From Escherichia phage vB_EcoP_PHB19, in sequence record MN481365.1: a DNA stretch of 40,037 bases; one strand, given 5' to 3'. Below, piece after piece: positions 10,101 to 19,857 of the stretch; the stretch's first letter is position 1; the number at the start of each line of letters is the position of its first letter. The position numbers and the translations under genes were made by a program. The notes under the pieces were generated by a model that saw only the letters and a list, made by a program, of their open reading frames with translations, was not told where the DNA came from and made no database searches.

Positions 10101-11103
10101 CACCGATAATACCAGCACTAAGCTGTGCTCCTAGTCCGGCCTCTGATTTCCGTAAATCCGCCTCAAAGTTCTCATTAGCTAACTTAATGAGTTCGTCAAG
10201 ATTCTCAGGAGAACCACCAGTCACCACGTTGATGTACGCAGGGTTCTTAACCTCGGTTCGAATCTTCTCTAACTCTTCTGGAGTCCAGATGTGAGAGTTC
10301 CAGCGAGTCGGCGTAATGGTGTCTTTAAACACGTCAAAACCATTATCGAGACGACCAGCACGGAAAGCCATCCCAGCGACTGAGTTGGAGAGTTCAGCTT
10401 CGGCAGCGTCTTTGAATCCGAAGAAGGTTGAACGGCTGTTGTACTCATCAAGTGTTTCTCCGTGGGTCTCCCAAAAGTCCTTGGCGAATGGTTTCGCCGG
10501 AGCCTCCTGTTCGATACCCTTAACGCCAAAACTTGTGGACTCAGGAAGTTCCTGTGTCGCTTTCTGCTTATGACCAATCCCAGCCAGTCCAACATCAGCC
10601 GGAATGCCTTTACCCTTTGGGGTGATGCCACCAAATGCTTCCAGTTGTCCAGACATAGGAGACTTAGCTACATCCAGAAGATTGCGCAGATAATTACGAC
10701 CTTCCTCGGAGATGGATGAGAAGTCTCCCTTAGAGTACGCTTCAAGTTGTGGATTTCCCAAGCGACCCTCGCCTTGGTTATACGCAAGGGCAGCTTTTAG
10801 TTCATCACCATCAAACTTACCTACCAGACCTGCAAGGTGCTTAGCGGCAGCGTTGATAGCCAATTCAGGGTTAAGTCGGTCGTCATCAGGACCATCTGTT
10901 ACTCGCAATCCCATAGCCTTAGCCGTGGCCTTGGTGAACTGCATCATGCCCAGTGGTCCAGTTTTAGACTTGGCTGTGGGTTGAAACCGTGATTCTGTCC
11001 AAGCGACTTTACGTAAAAGGTCATAAGAGACCCCGTTGGCATCAGCCGCCTTTTGGAACAGACCGTCATACTCACTTGGTACGTTCTTATCGTACTTATC
11101 CAT
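7147..11103 (-). CDS. 16: Internal virion protein D with N-terminal lytic transglycosylase domain
   Basis: 1318 aa, same length as T7 gp16; N-terminal SLT-like motif (TESRF...GMMQF). Confidence 0.97.
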   Translation of the reverse strand: MDKYDKNVPSEYDGLFQKAADANGVSYDLLRKVAWTESRFQPTAKSKTGPLGMMQFTKATAKAMGLRVTDGPDDDRLNPELAINAAAKHLAGLVGKFDGDELKAALAYNQGEGRLGNPQLEAYSKGDFSSISEEGRNYLRNLLDVAKSPMSGQLEAFGGITPKGKGIPADVGLAGIGHKQKATQELPESTSFGVKGIEQEAPAKPFAKDFWETHGETLDEYNSRSTFFGFKDAAEAELSNSVAGMAFRAGRLDNGFDVFKDTITPTRWNSHIWTPEELEKIRTEVKNPAYINVVTGGSPENLDELIKLANENFEADLRKSEAGLGAQLSAGIIGAGVDPLSYVPMVGVTGKGFKLINKALVVGAESAALNVASEGLRTSVAGGDADYAGAALGGFVFGAGMSAISDAVAAGLKRSKPEAEFDNEFIGPIMRMEARETARNANSADLSRINTENMKFEGEYKGVPYEELPTEKGAVVLHDGSILSASNPINPKTLKEFSEVDPEKAARGIKLAGFTEIGLKTLGSDDADIRRVAIDLVRSPTGMQSGSSGKYGSTASDIFEKLRGTDQRTYNDLYKAMSDAMKDPEFSTGGAKMSREEARYTIERRVALAIENPELQKALTPNERIVMDIVKRHYDTKRELMENPAVFGNTKAVSIFPESRHKGTYVPHVYDKYAKALKIQRYGAEGLQEGIARSWVCSYDLRPAVKARIDEALKEMHGVEEVTHDMVYKYAMDKAYGISHSDRFTNSSIIEENIEGLVGIENNSFLEARNLFDSDLAITMPDGEQFSVNDLRDFNMFRIMPAYDRRINGDIAIMGSTGKTTKELKDEILALKAKAEGDGKKTGEVHALMDTVKILTGRARRNQDTVWETSLRSINDLGFFAKNAYMGAQNLTEIAGMIATGNVRALGHGIPILRDTLYKSKPVSAKELKELHASLFGKEVDQLIRPQRADIVQRLREATDTGPVVANIVGTLKYSTQELAARSPWTKLLNGTTNYLLDAARQGMLGDVISATLSGKTTRWEKEGFLRGASVTPEQMKGIKALIKEHMVRGEDGKYTVKDKHAFSMDPRAMDLWRLADKVADEAMLRPHKVSLQDSHAFGALGKMVMQFKSFTIKSLNSKFLRTFYDGYKNNRAIDAALTGIISMGLAGGYYAMAAHVKAYGMTKEKRKEYLERALDPTMIAHASLSRSSQLGAPLAMADLVGGLFGVESSKMARSTILPKDTVSERDPNKPYTSWEVMGNMGSNILEQMPSAGFVANVGASLLNTAGVVNAPNKATEQDFMTGLMNSTKELVPNDPLTQQLVLKIYEANGVNLRERRK

Positions 11104-11128
11104 TTAGGGCCTCCTTATGTAGCCTTAA

Positions 11129-13372
11129 TTACTCCTTACGTCCATAGATGAACTTAGGAACCTGTTTACGTTTATCCCGTACTCGCTTAGCTCCAGCTTC
11201 ACGGGCCTTAGTAGCAGCAGTGATAGGTGCTCGCTTGTTGGCATCCTTCAATGCCTTCTCGCGTGCTTTCTCTTCAAGTTTCTTCTGGTTCTCACTCCAG
11301 ACCTTAGCGAGCAGCTCTTTGTCATACCGTATTCGCACTTGACCAGTGGTGTCCATAAGGTAAATGGAATCACCTTGAGAATACATGGTTAGTTGCTTAT
11401 TGGTAATCCACTTGTTGTTCGCTATGATTCCTTTACGGGCTTCCTCCAGAATATCCCGACCTTGCTCCCATGATTTCGGGTCAGAGTTGACTTGCATCAT
11501 GTTCTTCGGAATCACACCAATGGTATCACCATCAACATCATCACCAGTGAACGTGTAGGTAGATTCCTTAAGGAACTTGGTCATCTGCTCCATAGCCATA
11601 CTTTCGTTCCCTGAGCGGTACTTAACGGAGTCATAAATCTTACGTGCAGATTCACGAAGTGACGCTGGCATACGGGCAATCTCAGGAGCCGTAGAGCTAT
11701 TCAATGCAGACTCGAATGCTTTATCGTCCTCGAATCGTTGCTCTTTAGAACGCTTGGCAGTCAGTCGGTCAGCGTCAAGAATAACCTGAGGGTCAATACC
11801 CTGCTTGTCCATCATGTCCATCGTCAGGAATAGCTCAGCTTGGTCTGGATATAACGCAGCAATCAACTGAGGGTCGGCATTACGGATTCTACGTAGAGCA
11901 TCCAGAGCTGGGGTTCGTTCTGGCAACTTGCCGTTAATCACAGCGGCAGACCACTCTTGACCAGCGTCAGTCACCATAGTTCCGATTGCTGTACGGAATG
12001 CCCCGTCCTTAGAGTCCGCTTGAAGGTATTTCAACTTCATCATGTCCTTGGCGCTATCTGGGATGTCCATGCGGTCAATCTCCGCGAGCTTCTTATTGGC
12101 GTAGTTAACCATATCGCTATGTTTGAACTCACCAGTGTTCTCGTTTGTTGGCATGTCCTTGAAGTCCGTTGAGACCCACTCACCGTTGATTCGCTTCTGG
12201 AACTGCTTGTCGATTACGTCAAGTTTGTTCATAGACTTCATTGAGTCATCCAGAGCTTTGGCTTGAGCCTTCGTCCATGCGTTCATCTGATTCTGAACTT
12301 GTTCCTGTGCCGAGATTAGCCACTCGCGTTGCGGTGTCATCTGCTCATCAGGTTGAACCTTATCGAGTTCAGCCTTGATACCTTGAAGCATCTCCCACGC
12401 AGTACGAGGGTCCTCTTGGTTCAGCGCAGAGTTAATCTTCAAGCGATACTGCTCGTTCAGCTTAGAGTCATTCTCAAATTGAGAACGTTGTGCTGTTACC
12501 ATAAGAGCATTCCATTGTTCTTCACCCATCAACTCTCGGTAAGTTGTCGTGGCTCCGTTAAGTGTTACCTTCTTGTCACCGACTCGCATCAGGAAGTCAG
12601 CACCACCAGCACGGCTAGAAGCGTCACTGAACGCTTGGCTTATAAGCTGTGTGGCTTGAGCATCAGATGGGATTGCCCCAGTAACCAGACCATTGTCGAT
12701 GTACTTCTCAAAGAAGTCAGCAGAGTCTGGGCGGCGAAGCATATCAGGGTCTTGAAGGACACCGTTGAGTTCCACTCGGCTGTTCATGATGGCACCCTTC
12801 TGAGCTTGCTGGCTCAAGAAGTTATCATGTGCGCCATACAGCGAGATGTTACGCTCAGTGATGTCCCCGTTGAAACCCCGCTGATAATCAACGTCCTCAG
12901 GGTCAATACCGAACTGCTCAGCGTATGCCTTAGCGCCCTCTTGAAGACGACTATGGCGATACTGCTCCATCTCTTCACGAGTACGGAAGACACCTTCTTT
13001 GACCTTCTGCATAACATCATCGTCCACAAGGTACGCAGCGTTACGCCCAGTCTTTACCCGCAGTGCTTCCATAGCGTATGGGTCATCCTGATACAGAAGG
13101 GTCCCGTTGTTGAGAGCCTCTCGGCGTTGCTCAGGGGTCAACTTACGGATAATCTCGTTAGAGCGTTCATCAGCTAGGTCACGCGCTCGTTGTTCCTTAG
13201 CGGTATACATATCGGCTCCAGCCTGAGCGAACCGACCAATGGTGTCCAAAAGGCTGGACTTAGGTTGCTCAGCTTGAGTGGTGGCTGCACGATATCCCAT
13301 ACCACCAGCACCGCTACGTAACCGAGAGAGTCCCGGTTGTGCCGCTTGAAGGGCAGATTCAATCTTACTCAT
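11129..13372 (-). CDS. 15: Internal virion protein C
   Basis: 747 aa, same length and order as T7 gp15. Confidence 0.95.
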   Translation of the reverse strand: MSKIESALQAAQPGLSRLRSGAGGMGYRAATTQAEQPKSSLLDTIGRFAQAGADMYTAKEQRARDLADERSNEIIRKLTPEQRREALNNGTLLYQDDPYAMEALRVKTGRNAAYLVDDDVMQKVKEGVFRTREEMEQYRHSRLQEGAKAYAEQFGIDPEDVDYQRGFNGDITERNISLYGAHDNFLSQQAQKGAIMNSRVELNGVLQDPDMLRRPDSADFFEKYIDNGLVTGAIPSDAQATQLISQAFSDASSRAGGADFLMRVGDKKVTLNGATTTYRELMGEEQWNALMVTAQRSQFENDSKLNEQYRLKINSALNQEDPRTAWEMLQGIKAELDKVQPDEQMTPQREWLISAQEQVQNQMNAWTKAQAKALDDSMKSMNKLDVIDKQFQKRINGEWVSTDFKDMPTNENTGEFKHSDMVNYANKKLAEIDRMDIPDSAKDMMKLKYLQADSKDGAFRTAIGTMVTDAGQEWSAAVINGKLPERTPALDALRRIRNADPQLIAALYPDQAELFLTMDMMDKQGIDPQVILDADRLTAKRSKEQRFEDDKAFESALNSSTAPEIARMPASLRESARKIYDSVKYRSGNESMAMEQMTKFLKESTYTFTGDDVDGDTIGVIPKNMMQVNSDPKSWEQGRDILEEARKGIIANNKWITNKQLTMYSQGDSIYLMDTTGQVRIRYDKELLAKVWSENQKKLEEKAREKALKDANKRAPITAATKAREAGAKRVRDKRKQVPKFIYGRKE

Positions 13373-13378
13373 AGTTCA

Positions 13379-13969
13379 TTACCTCCCCGTCTTGGTTCCT
13401 TTAGCGGCAACAATAGGTGCCTTAGTTGTGGACTTAGAGTCGAACTTACCGTCTGCGTAAGCACTCGCAGCGGAAGACCCCATGATAGCCAGTGGGTCCA
13501 GAACCATCTGTAGCTTGCTCTTCTGTTTCTGTTCGCCCCTGTAGATTTCATCAATCTGACTTGCAGCACTTTGAGTGCCACCAAGTTGCTGTGCGAAGAT
13601 TGCTTGGTAGTCTCTACGGTAGTTATCAGTGACCATGTTGGCCTCCCGAATGAACTGGCCCTCAGTGACTCGCTTAATGCGGTCCATTGAGGAACCCTCC
13701 AACATACTCTCGCCTATAGCCGCTCGGATAGACCCCATAGCTTGTACCTTCTGCATGTTCTGTGAGGTCAACTCAGCGGACGCTTCCTCAAGTTTACTTC
13801 GAGCTTGCAACGATAGGTCAGCATTCTGGATGTTCGTCTGCTTCATAAGTTCAAAGGCTTGACGACGACCAGCGGCGGTCTGTGACGCTATCATTTTAGC
13901 TTGAGCGTTCTGACTACCGATAGCCTGAGCGCCAGCTATTGCGATTGGAATTGCAGCTGCCCAGCACAT
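13379..13969 (-). CDS. 14: Internal virion protein B
   Basis: 196 aa, T7 gp14 length and position. Confidence 0.93.
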   Translation of the reverse strand: MCWAAAIPIAIAGAQAIGSQNAQAKMIASQTAAGRRQAFELMKQTNIQNADLSLQARSKLEEASAELTSQNMQKVQAMGSIRAAIGESMLEGSSMDRIKRVTEGQFIREANMVTDNYRRDYQAIFAQQLGGTQSAASQIDEIYRGEQKQKSKLQMVLDPLAIMGSSAASAYADGKFDSKSTTKAPIVAAKGTKTGR

Positions 13970-13973
13970 ATGG

Positions 13974-14390
13974 TTATCCTCCTTTCGTTATTGTAAATAA
14001 TTGAAACTGACCATCGCGTGTGTACTCTTCATGGAATACCGCACCGATAGTCTTGAGGAAACGAATGTGGGACGTGTTGCCTACCCATACGTAATTCCAA
14101 AGAGTATCATACTTCTCAAGCATCTTATCGCGATACTCCATGATTAACTTACGGAACTCTCGCTTAGCTTTTCCACTGAGTCGCCACACTTGGTCGCTAG
14201 AAACGAACCAGCACTGGCCCCCGCAATTACCACCAATGGCTAGAGGGAACCCATAGAGGCTCAACGTGACACACTCGGAAGCATCAGGGAAACTCGGCTC
14301 AATACCAGCAGCCTTAGCTTCAAGAATGTCATGGTGAGCCGGAGTGAATACCTCAAAGTCTGTACTTTTAGTAGGTCTTATAGTCATCAT
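13974..14390 (-). CDS. 13: Internal virion protein A, gp13
   Basis: Internal start MMTIRPTKSTDFEVF at codon 43 of the track ORF; 138 aa as in T7. The longer track ORF reads through the phi13 promoter. Confidence 0.9.
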   Translation of the reverse strand: MMTIRPTKSTDFEVFTPAHHDILEAKAAGIEPSFPDASECVTLSLYGFPLAIGGNCGGQCWFVSSDQVWRLSGKAKREFRKLIMEYRDKMLEKYDTLWNYVWVGNTSHIRFLKTIGAVFHEEYTRDGQFQLFTITKGG

Positions 14391-14417
14391 AAGAAAACCC
14401 TCCCGTAGTTGTATTGT

Positions 14418-14440
14418 TCTCCCTATAGTGAGTCGTATTA
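14418..14440 (-). promoter_or_regulatory. T7 RNAP promoter phi13
   Basis: Exact 23-bp consensus. Confidence 0.9.
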
Positions 14441-14470
14441 ATTTCGAGCCACCACAGGGAGAACGTTTAA

Positions 14471-16855
14471 TTAGATACCGGAGCTTCTCCGTAAGTAGTT
14501 GCCTTCCCAACCACACCCAATGATATTCAATGGGGTAGTCTCAGTTGATGTAATGTACACAGTGTTGTACTTAGCGTTACCAACTACAGGGAAGCGATAC
14601 TGTCCAGTCCCTAGGTTCAATCTCCCAGCCCTCAGTGTGTTCGAACCTAAGCGAGCACCAGCCATATTATACTTCCAGTTAGACGATTGGTTCTCGACGT
14701 AAATATCGAACGTACCAGAATTCTCATAGTTCACCCACGCTCGGCGTAACTGTAAGCGACCTATGTCTTCCGTGGAGGTAGACCCATCGTCAGCAGTCTG
14801 CTTAATGAGGAACTTAGAGAACTCATAGACAAAGTTGATGTTGAACCCGATGTATACAATTCGTCCCTCTAAGTTACCGTTGAGCCTCAGCCAAGGGTCG
14901 CTTTGCCACCCAGCCGTAGGTTGCTCGAATACTGTTATCTTACCGTCAGGCTCCAATACAGTGATTTTGCCCCTACCGAAGTTTGCACCGTAAATAGTAG
15001 GAATATGGATAGAGGTAGTGAATGTATCATCGTTGTATGTTCCACTAGGAATCGTGTAGCGAATCTTCATGTCCATAAAGGCACGGTAAGGCTCACCTTG
15101 TAAGTCAATGGCGTTCTTAGTGAAAGAGATTCTAGCTAGGAACGTATTGAACTCATTGCGAAGAATCACATACATATCTGAGCTTATACTCTGACAAGCT
15201 AGAACCTGCACGTTTTCCCCAAAGTCCCAATGGGACCACGACTGCTGCCTTAACTCTTCGTTCAGGTACAGGAATTTGTACATGAAGATTTTGCTAGGGT
15301 CCCCGTGAGATAGTACCGAACAGAAGTTTTCCGTACCACTACCACAAATACTGAACACACCATTAGGGATGTAGTTAGGAACATGTGCTGTAATGTCCTC
15401 AGCGTTCTTAACGGAACTTACATCCTGCACGGCGTAGTATCTGTGGATGGACGTGTAGCTGGACCTCGGACTAGCAAAGTAGACGTTACGCCCAATCCCA
15501 TAAGGTCTCGCTTGGTCCTGCACATCAAACTGAGTCGTTAGGTTCAACTCAACTGACTTTGACGTAAGGGTGCCGGACGCTGTTAGTACGAATTGTGCTT
15601 CATCAGACCATATGAGTAACTCTTCTGAGAACGGAACGGCGTACTTAAGGATTGCTATTCGGTTGGTACTCACAGCTACGTCTATAGGGTCGTCATCACT
15701 AAGGTTCGCAATGGACGCAGGGTAGAAGTTGAAGTATTTGGCTGTACGACTCAATATGATGTTCTCCCCACTAAGTAATCCTAAGCGGTTACGGAAGAAG
15801 AACACATCGTTGATGCTTGAACCAACAAAAGAAGGCCAAGGGTTAGTGTCAACGTCACCACAAGACTTAGGAGACCACTCAAGCCACTTGAAGTCGAAAT
15901 TCCCATCAGCGGCTCGCACAAGGGCGTGTGGCATTGTTTCCCATAGGACTTGGTTCTCAGTGTTCCAACCTAAAGTCTCAACCCAAACTTTCCGCTCAGC
16001 GTCATACCGAACATAATACTGGTCGGCAGACCTAGAGGCGTCACCTACGATTTTAACCATGTAGCCGTTAGGGGCATTAGGCGGTAACTTAGAGAACGAC
16101 TGAGCGTAGTGGGTCACAGGGTTAATCAACTGGTCTGCGTAGCCGTCTTTAGTAGTGAAGGAGTCAATCTGTTGACCGCTAGGTGCGGTAACGTGTATGA
16201 ACCCTTGCCCCACATTTACAGCCCAGCCGGACAAGTTAGTGCGCATCTGCTTGGCTAACTCTTCGGCTAACCATTGGGCATCCGTATTGTTTACGTGTTC
16301 AGGTTTACTACCATCTGGGATCTTATACTTCGCAACGTCTTTACCGTTAATGTGTACAATTAGTTCCCTACCGTACTGACCACCACGAACGTTAATCAAT
16401 CCGTCTTGCTTAGGATTGTAATTCGGTAAGTTGACAGACTTTTCGTTCTTCCGTACAACAACGTTGCGGTTAACGATGAACGTATAATCTGCTACAGTAA
16501 CCATTCGCAGGTCGTTACGTGGATTAGTGGTCTTGATGTAGTCGGAACCGTTAGGATACCTAACTTGCTTCTCATTACCAGCAAGGTCGAACACTCTGAT
16601 TCCACTACCAGTGAACACAGCGTAATACTGTTCGCGTTCATCTCGGTTAATCAGGTGGATGTACGGAGCTTGGCCTAACGCACCGTTGTCTCCAAGGGTC
16701 TTAAGGAAAACCATTGGTGGACGCTTTTGGAGGCCCTCGGTCTCCGAAGACCAACCGTTAACTTGGCGTGACCCTTGGTCTGGATAACGAAGGATGTCAG
16801 GCTGTTGGCTGATACCACCCTTCAAGTTCTTAATTGATTGGCTAATGAGTGCCAT
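14471..16855 (-). CDS. 12: Tail tubular protein B
   Basis: 794 aa, near-identical to T7 gp12. Confidence 0.97.
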   Translation of the reverse strand: MALISQSIKNLKGGISQQPDILRYPDQGSRQVNGWSSETEGLQKRPPMVFLKTLGDNGALGQAPYIHLINRDEREQYYAVFTGSGIRVFDLAGNEKQVRYPNGSDYIKTTNPRNDLRMVTVADYTFIVNRNVVVRKNEKSVNLPNYNPKQDGLINVRGGQYGRELIVHINGKDVAKYKIPDGSKPEHVNNTDAQWLAEELAKQMRTNLSGWAVNVGQGFIHVTAPSGQQIDSFTTKDGYADQLINPVTHYAQSFSKLPPNAPNGYMVKIVGDASRSADQYYVRYDAERKVWVETLGWNTENQVLWETMPHALVRAADGNFDFKWLEWSPKSCGDVDTNPWPSFVGSSINDVFFFRNRLGLLSGENIILSRTAKYFNFYPASIANLSDDDPIDVAVSTNRIAILKYAVPFSEELLIWSDEAQFVLTASGTLTSKSVELNLTTQFDVQDQARPYGIGRNVYFASPRSSYTSIHRYYAVQDVSSVKNAEDITAHVPNYIPNGVFSICGSGTENFCSVLSHGDPSKIFMYKFLYLNEELRQQSWSHWDFGENVQVLACQSISSDMYVILRNEFNTFLARISFTKNAIDLQGEPYRAFMDMKIRYTIPSGTYNDDTFTTSIHIPTIYGANFGRGKITVLEPDGKITVFEQPTAGWQSDPWLRLNGNLEGRIVYIGFNINFVYEFSKFLIKQTADDGSTSTEDIGRLQLRRAWVNYENSGTFDIYVENQSSNWKYNMAGARLGSNTLRAGRLNLGTGQYRFPVVGNAKYNTVYITSTETTPLNIIGCGWEGNYLRRSSGI

Positions 16856-16875
16856 TAGAGCCTCCTTAATGCTTA

Positions 16876-17466
16876 TTAGCGAGTCAGTAGACCAGAAGTG
16901 AATGCATCACCGTCCAGCATGTTATAACCGCCATAATCCACTTCGTACTCCATACAGAGACGTCGAGCCTCATCTTCCTCTTCTTGGAGTACACCCTCTA
17001 CTTCTGGTGCCCCAAAGAATCGGTTGTTGAACTGACGGGAAGCCTTAGTGACAATCCAGTAGCGGAAGCACTCAGGCATCTCATCGTAGTCTCGTAGACG
17101 GATAATGTTAACAGTGATACCAGACTCAAAGCGGTCCGATTGACTCGTTCGGTCATACACATAGCCACCACGGTTGACATAGATTGACTGACCAGAGGTA
17201 GCCATTAGTGACAGGTAGTCATCGCTATATACAATCAGGTTGGAGTAAACGTCAGGAAGAAGCGTAATACCTTCCTCAATGTTGAACGTCCAGCCACGAG
17301 ACTGAATCTGTCTGTTAATCTTGTTGAGAATACGACGAGCGTTCGCTACGTCTGCGTTTGAGTCACCTTCAAGCGTCGATACCGGAGGTTCACCGATAGA
17401 TGCCAGAATGTCGTTCACAGCGGATAACTCAGCGGCAGTCTCAACGTTCATATCGTATGAGCGCAT
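16876..17466 (-). CDS. 11: Tail tubular protein A
   Basis: 196 aa, near-identical to T7 gp11. Confidence 0.97.
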   Translation of the reverse strand: MRSYDMNVETAAELSAVNDILASIGEPPVSTLEGDSNADVANARRILNKINRQIQSRGWTFNIEEGITLLPDVYSNLIVYSDDYLSLMATSGQSIYVNRGGYVYDRTSQSDRFESGITVNIIRLRDYDEMPECFRYWIVTKASRQFNNRFFGAPEVEGVLQEEEDEARRLCMEYEVDYGGYNMLDGDAFTSGLLTR

Positions 17467-17485
17467 ATAGTTCCTCCCATTAAAG

Positions 17486-17533
17486 CAAAAAACCCCTCAA
17501 GACCCGTTTAGAGGCCCCAAGGGGTTATGCTAG
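17486..17533 (-). terminator. Tphi late terminator
   Basis: Reverse complement reads ctagcataaccccttggggcctctaaacgggtcttgaggggttttttg, the T7 Tphi hairpin plus U-tract, directly after gene 10. Confidence 0.95.
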
Positions 17534-17536
17534 TTA

Positions 17537-18732
17537 TTACTCAGCAGCGGCAGCAGCAGCCAACTCTGCTTCCCTTCGGGCTTTGTTAGCAGCGCGTGTA
17601 CGTGCAGCTTTCTGTGCTGGAGTTAGACTCTCTTCGGCAGTAATGCTTACCTCTTCGGTACTAGCAGCGACCGTTGAGGTCACTTCCTGCATTACGCTTG
17701 TGCGAAAACTACAGCACCAGCAGCTTCTGGGCGCAGACCGCCGTGACCCATTGCGTACTTCGCGATGATTTGGTCAGCTTGGAAGTTAGCTCGACGAGCA
17801 CGTTCCAGAGCCAAGTCACGCAGCTTCACAGTACCAACCGCAGAGCGGTGCATGAACAGGCCGATAACGTTGTCTTTAGCTACCTTGGTTGTAGAGCCAT
17901 CAGATACCGCTGGGAAGCTATGCTTCTGATCGTCAGTAGTATCCCGAGCGGAACCAGCACCACCAGCAGTAAGATGCGGAACCTCTACCACCTCGAAGCC
18001 CATAACGTTGCGGATAGAGCCACGCTCAGGGTCAATCAGTGCAGCGTAGTTAGCCGCGTTCGGCATCAATGCAGCCAGAATTGCAGAGTAGCTATCTGGG
18101 TCACAATAGAACACGCGGTCAGAGGCAGGAACATAGTTCTTAGTAAGAGCTGCACGAGCCTTAGTCAGCGCGGCAATGATCTCTTTACCTAAGGCAACTT
18201 GGTCAGCAGCCGCACCTTTGGCCTGAGTGGTCTGAACAATGGTAGCAGTACCAAGGCCAGCAATGTTCTCATTATATGCGCTCGCCAAGTTACACAGCCC
18301 AGCAATCTCAGCCAGAACAGCACCATCAGCAGCCATCGCCAGAGATTCACCCAACTGAGAGGTATACTCAGAGCGAACGTCGTAATGGTTCATTGCGTCC
18401 TCAATATCGTAAATCAGAACGTCAGCCGTCAGGAGACCATCAATGGTGATTACCTTCTCGGTGTGTTTGATGTCTTTACGTTTATCGTCGAGGTTCTCAC
18501 CAGGAGCCAAATACGCTGCCTGAGTGCGACCCAGAACAGGGAACTGAGCGGATTTACCGCTGGCAATGGAACGAACCATGTGGCGAGAAGTTGTCACGGA
18601 GGTGCGAGCGAATGCAGTAAGAACCTCACCGCCAAATACCTTCAAGAACAACGCCAGTTTGTCGGCACCACCACCACTCACACCTTTACCTTGGTTAGTG
18701 CCCAGTTGCTGTCCACCATTCATATTAGCCAT
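17537..18732 (-). CDS. 10B: Minor capsid protein 10B, made by -1 ribosomal frameshift near the 3' end of 10A
   Basis: The -1 frame past the GGTTTTC slip site continues ...QEVTSTVAASTEEVSITAEESLTPAQKAARTRAANKARREAELAAAAAAE to TAA at 17537..17539, giving 398 aa as in T7 10B. Confidence 0.75.
17692..18732 (-). CDS. 10A: Major capsid protein 10A
   Basis: 346 aa; long stretches identical to T7 gp10A. Confidence 0.97.
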   Translation of the reverse strand: MANMNGGQQLGTNQGKGVSGGGADKLALFLKVFGGEVLTAFARTSVTTSRHMVRSIASGKSAQFPVLGRTQAAYLAPGENLDDKRKDIKHTEKVITIDGLLTADVLIYDIEDAMNHYDVRSEYTSQLGESLAMAADGAVLAEIAGLCNLASAYNENIAGLGTATIVQTTQAKGAAADQVALGKEIIAALTKARAALTKNYVPASDRVFYCDPDSYSAILAALMPNAANYAALIDPERGSIRNVMGFEVVEVPHLTAGGAGSARDTTDDQKHSFPAVSDGSTTKVAKDNVIGLFMHRSAVGTVKLRDLALERARRANFQADQIIAKYAMGHGGLRPEAAGAVVFAQA

Positions 18733-18795
18733 ATGTATATCTCCTTCTTAAGAAAGTTAAACAAAGAATGATTTCCTAAAGGGAAACTGTTATGG

Positions 18796-18818
18796 TCTCC
18801 CTATAGTGAGTCGTATTA
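18796..18818 (-). promoter_or_regulatory. T7 RNAP promoter phi10 with T7-like leader and ribosome-binding site
   Basis: Exact consensus; leader reads ...tttaactttcttaagaaggagatatacatatg on the coding strand. Confidence 0.95.
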
Positions 18819-18831
18819 ATTTAGAAGCCTA

Positions 18832-19755
18832 TCAGAAGCTCGAGTCGATCACTTTCTGTTCAACCTGACGACGATAGTTTGCATCGGTGCGATACCGAGG
18901 GTCACTCATGGCCTTGATCATCTCGCTACGGTCCGCAAAGCCTTCACGCTTGGTAGCCTGAGGTTTAGCCGGAATAGCACGATTAGTCACACTACGAGTT
19001 GGCTTACGACCAAACGCCTTAGCGCGAGACTCACCAGCCAAGTTGATGATAGCCTTAACGGTCGCTAAGTCACGATTGGTCAACGCATTGTCCAGCGACT
19101 GTGCAGCCTCAGGGTTGTGCGTCTCAAGGTGATTATACAGTGCGTCAAAACGTTCACGACCACCAGCGTACTCAATGACACTGTTTACGTACTGCTCCAC
19201 CAGAGCTTCTTGACCACGGATGTATGAATCAATGAAAGCCTTAGTGTAGCCGATTTCAGCCAGCTTAGCGTAGGACGCAGCGGACAACTCTTCGTTCTCC
19301 TCGTACTCACGCTGGATAGCCTCAATGGTCTCAACACTCATGCCACGCTCGGCAGCAATGTTAATCATCTCTTGGAAGCCTTCTTCGTGCTCGCCAAGTT
19401 GCTCAGAGGCAGCTACCAGTTCTTCTGGAGTCTCGCCCAGTGGGGTAAACTCTTCGGAACCCTCGGTGCCCTCAAAGTCTTCTTCTCCAGCGTCCACATC
19501 GGTCGGCTCAGAGCCATCGCCAATGCGAACCTGAATGCGCCCCTCATCGTCCTCTTGACCGAATGGGTCAGAGTTGTCATACAGGTCACGTTCAGTTTCC
19601 ACTTCATCGGACGCTAACTCGATTGCATCATCGCCATCACGGGCAGCAACATCCAAAGCCAGCATATTCTGCTCATGTTCCTCAACGGAACCACCAGACA
19701 TCACAGCGGAGTTCACACCAAAAGATGCATATACGTCTGCATTAGATTCAGCCAT
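18832..19755 (-). CDS. 9: Capsid assembly (scaffolding) protein
   Basis: 307 aa, acidic, T7 gp9 length and position. Confidence 0.95.
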   Translation of the reverse strand: MAESNADVYASFGVNSAVMSGGSVEEHEQNMLALDVAARDGDDAIELASDEVETERDLYDNSDPFGQEDDEGRIQVRIGDGSEPTDVDAGEEDFEGTEGSEEFTPLGETPEELVAASEQLGEHEEGFQEMINIAAERGMSVETIEAIQREYEENEELSAASYAKLAEIGYTKAFIDSYIRGQEALVEQYVNSVIEYAGGRERFDALYNHLETHNPEAAQSLDNALTNRDLATVKAIINLAGESRAKAFGRKPTRSVTNRAIPAKPQATKREGFADRSEMIKAMSDPRYRTDANYRRQVEQKVIDSSF

Positions 19756-19834
19756 TATTATTGTCTCCTTAAAGTTGAACTACAGGAAGACCGAGGACTC
19801 CAACCTCTTGTCATCGCTCATTTCAAAGATGAGG

Positions 19835-19857
19835 TCTCCCTATAGTGAGTCGTATTA
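19835..19857 (-). promoter_or_regulatory. T7 RNAP promoter phi9
   Basis: Exact consensus. Confidence 0.9.

Noticed and set aside
12329-13177. 282-aa plus-strand ORF, and other plus-strand ORFs such as 17674..18192, 18199..18771 and 21484..21999
   Set aside because: They lie antisense inside highly conserved minus-strand genes (15, 10, 7.3/7). T7-like genomes are transcribed from one strand only, and these ORFs have no promoter or ribosome-binding site. Treated as frame artefacts.
13974-14516. N-terminally extended track ORFs (for example gene 13 as 180 aa, 4.7 as 181 aa, 1.6 as 114 aa, 2 as 87 aa, 1.2 as 118 aa, 5.9 as 89 aa)
   Set aside because: The extensions read through T7 promoters or intergenic hairpins. 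Internal Met starts reproduce the T7 protein lengths, so the shorter forms were annotated.
16998-17180. Small nested minus-strand ORFs inside large genes (for example 16998..17180, 5812..6033, 10269..10634)
   Set aside because: Alternative-frame ORFs inside conserved genes with no start signals or T7 counterparts.
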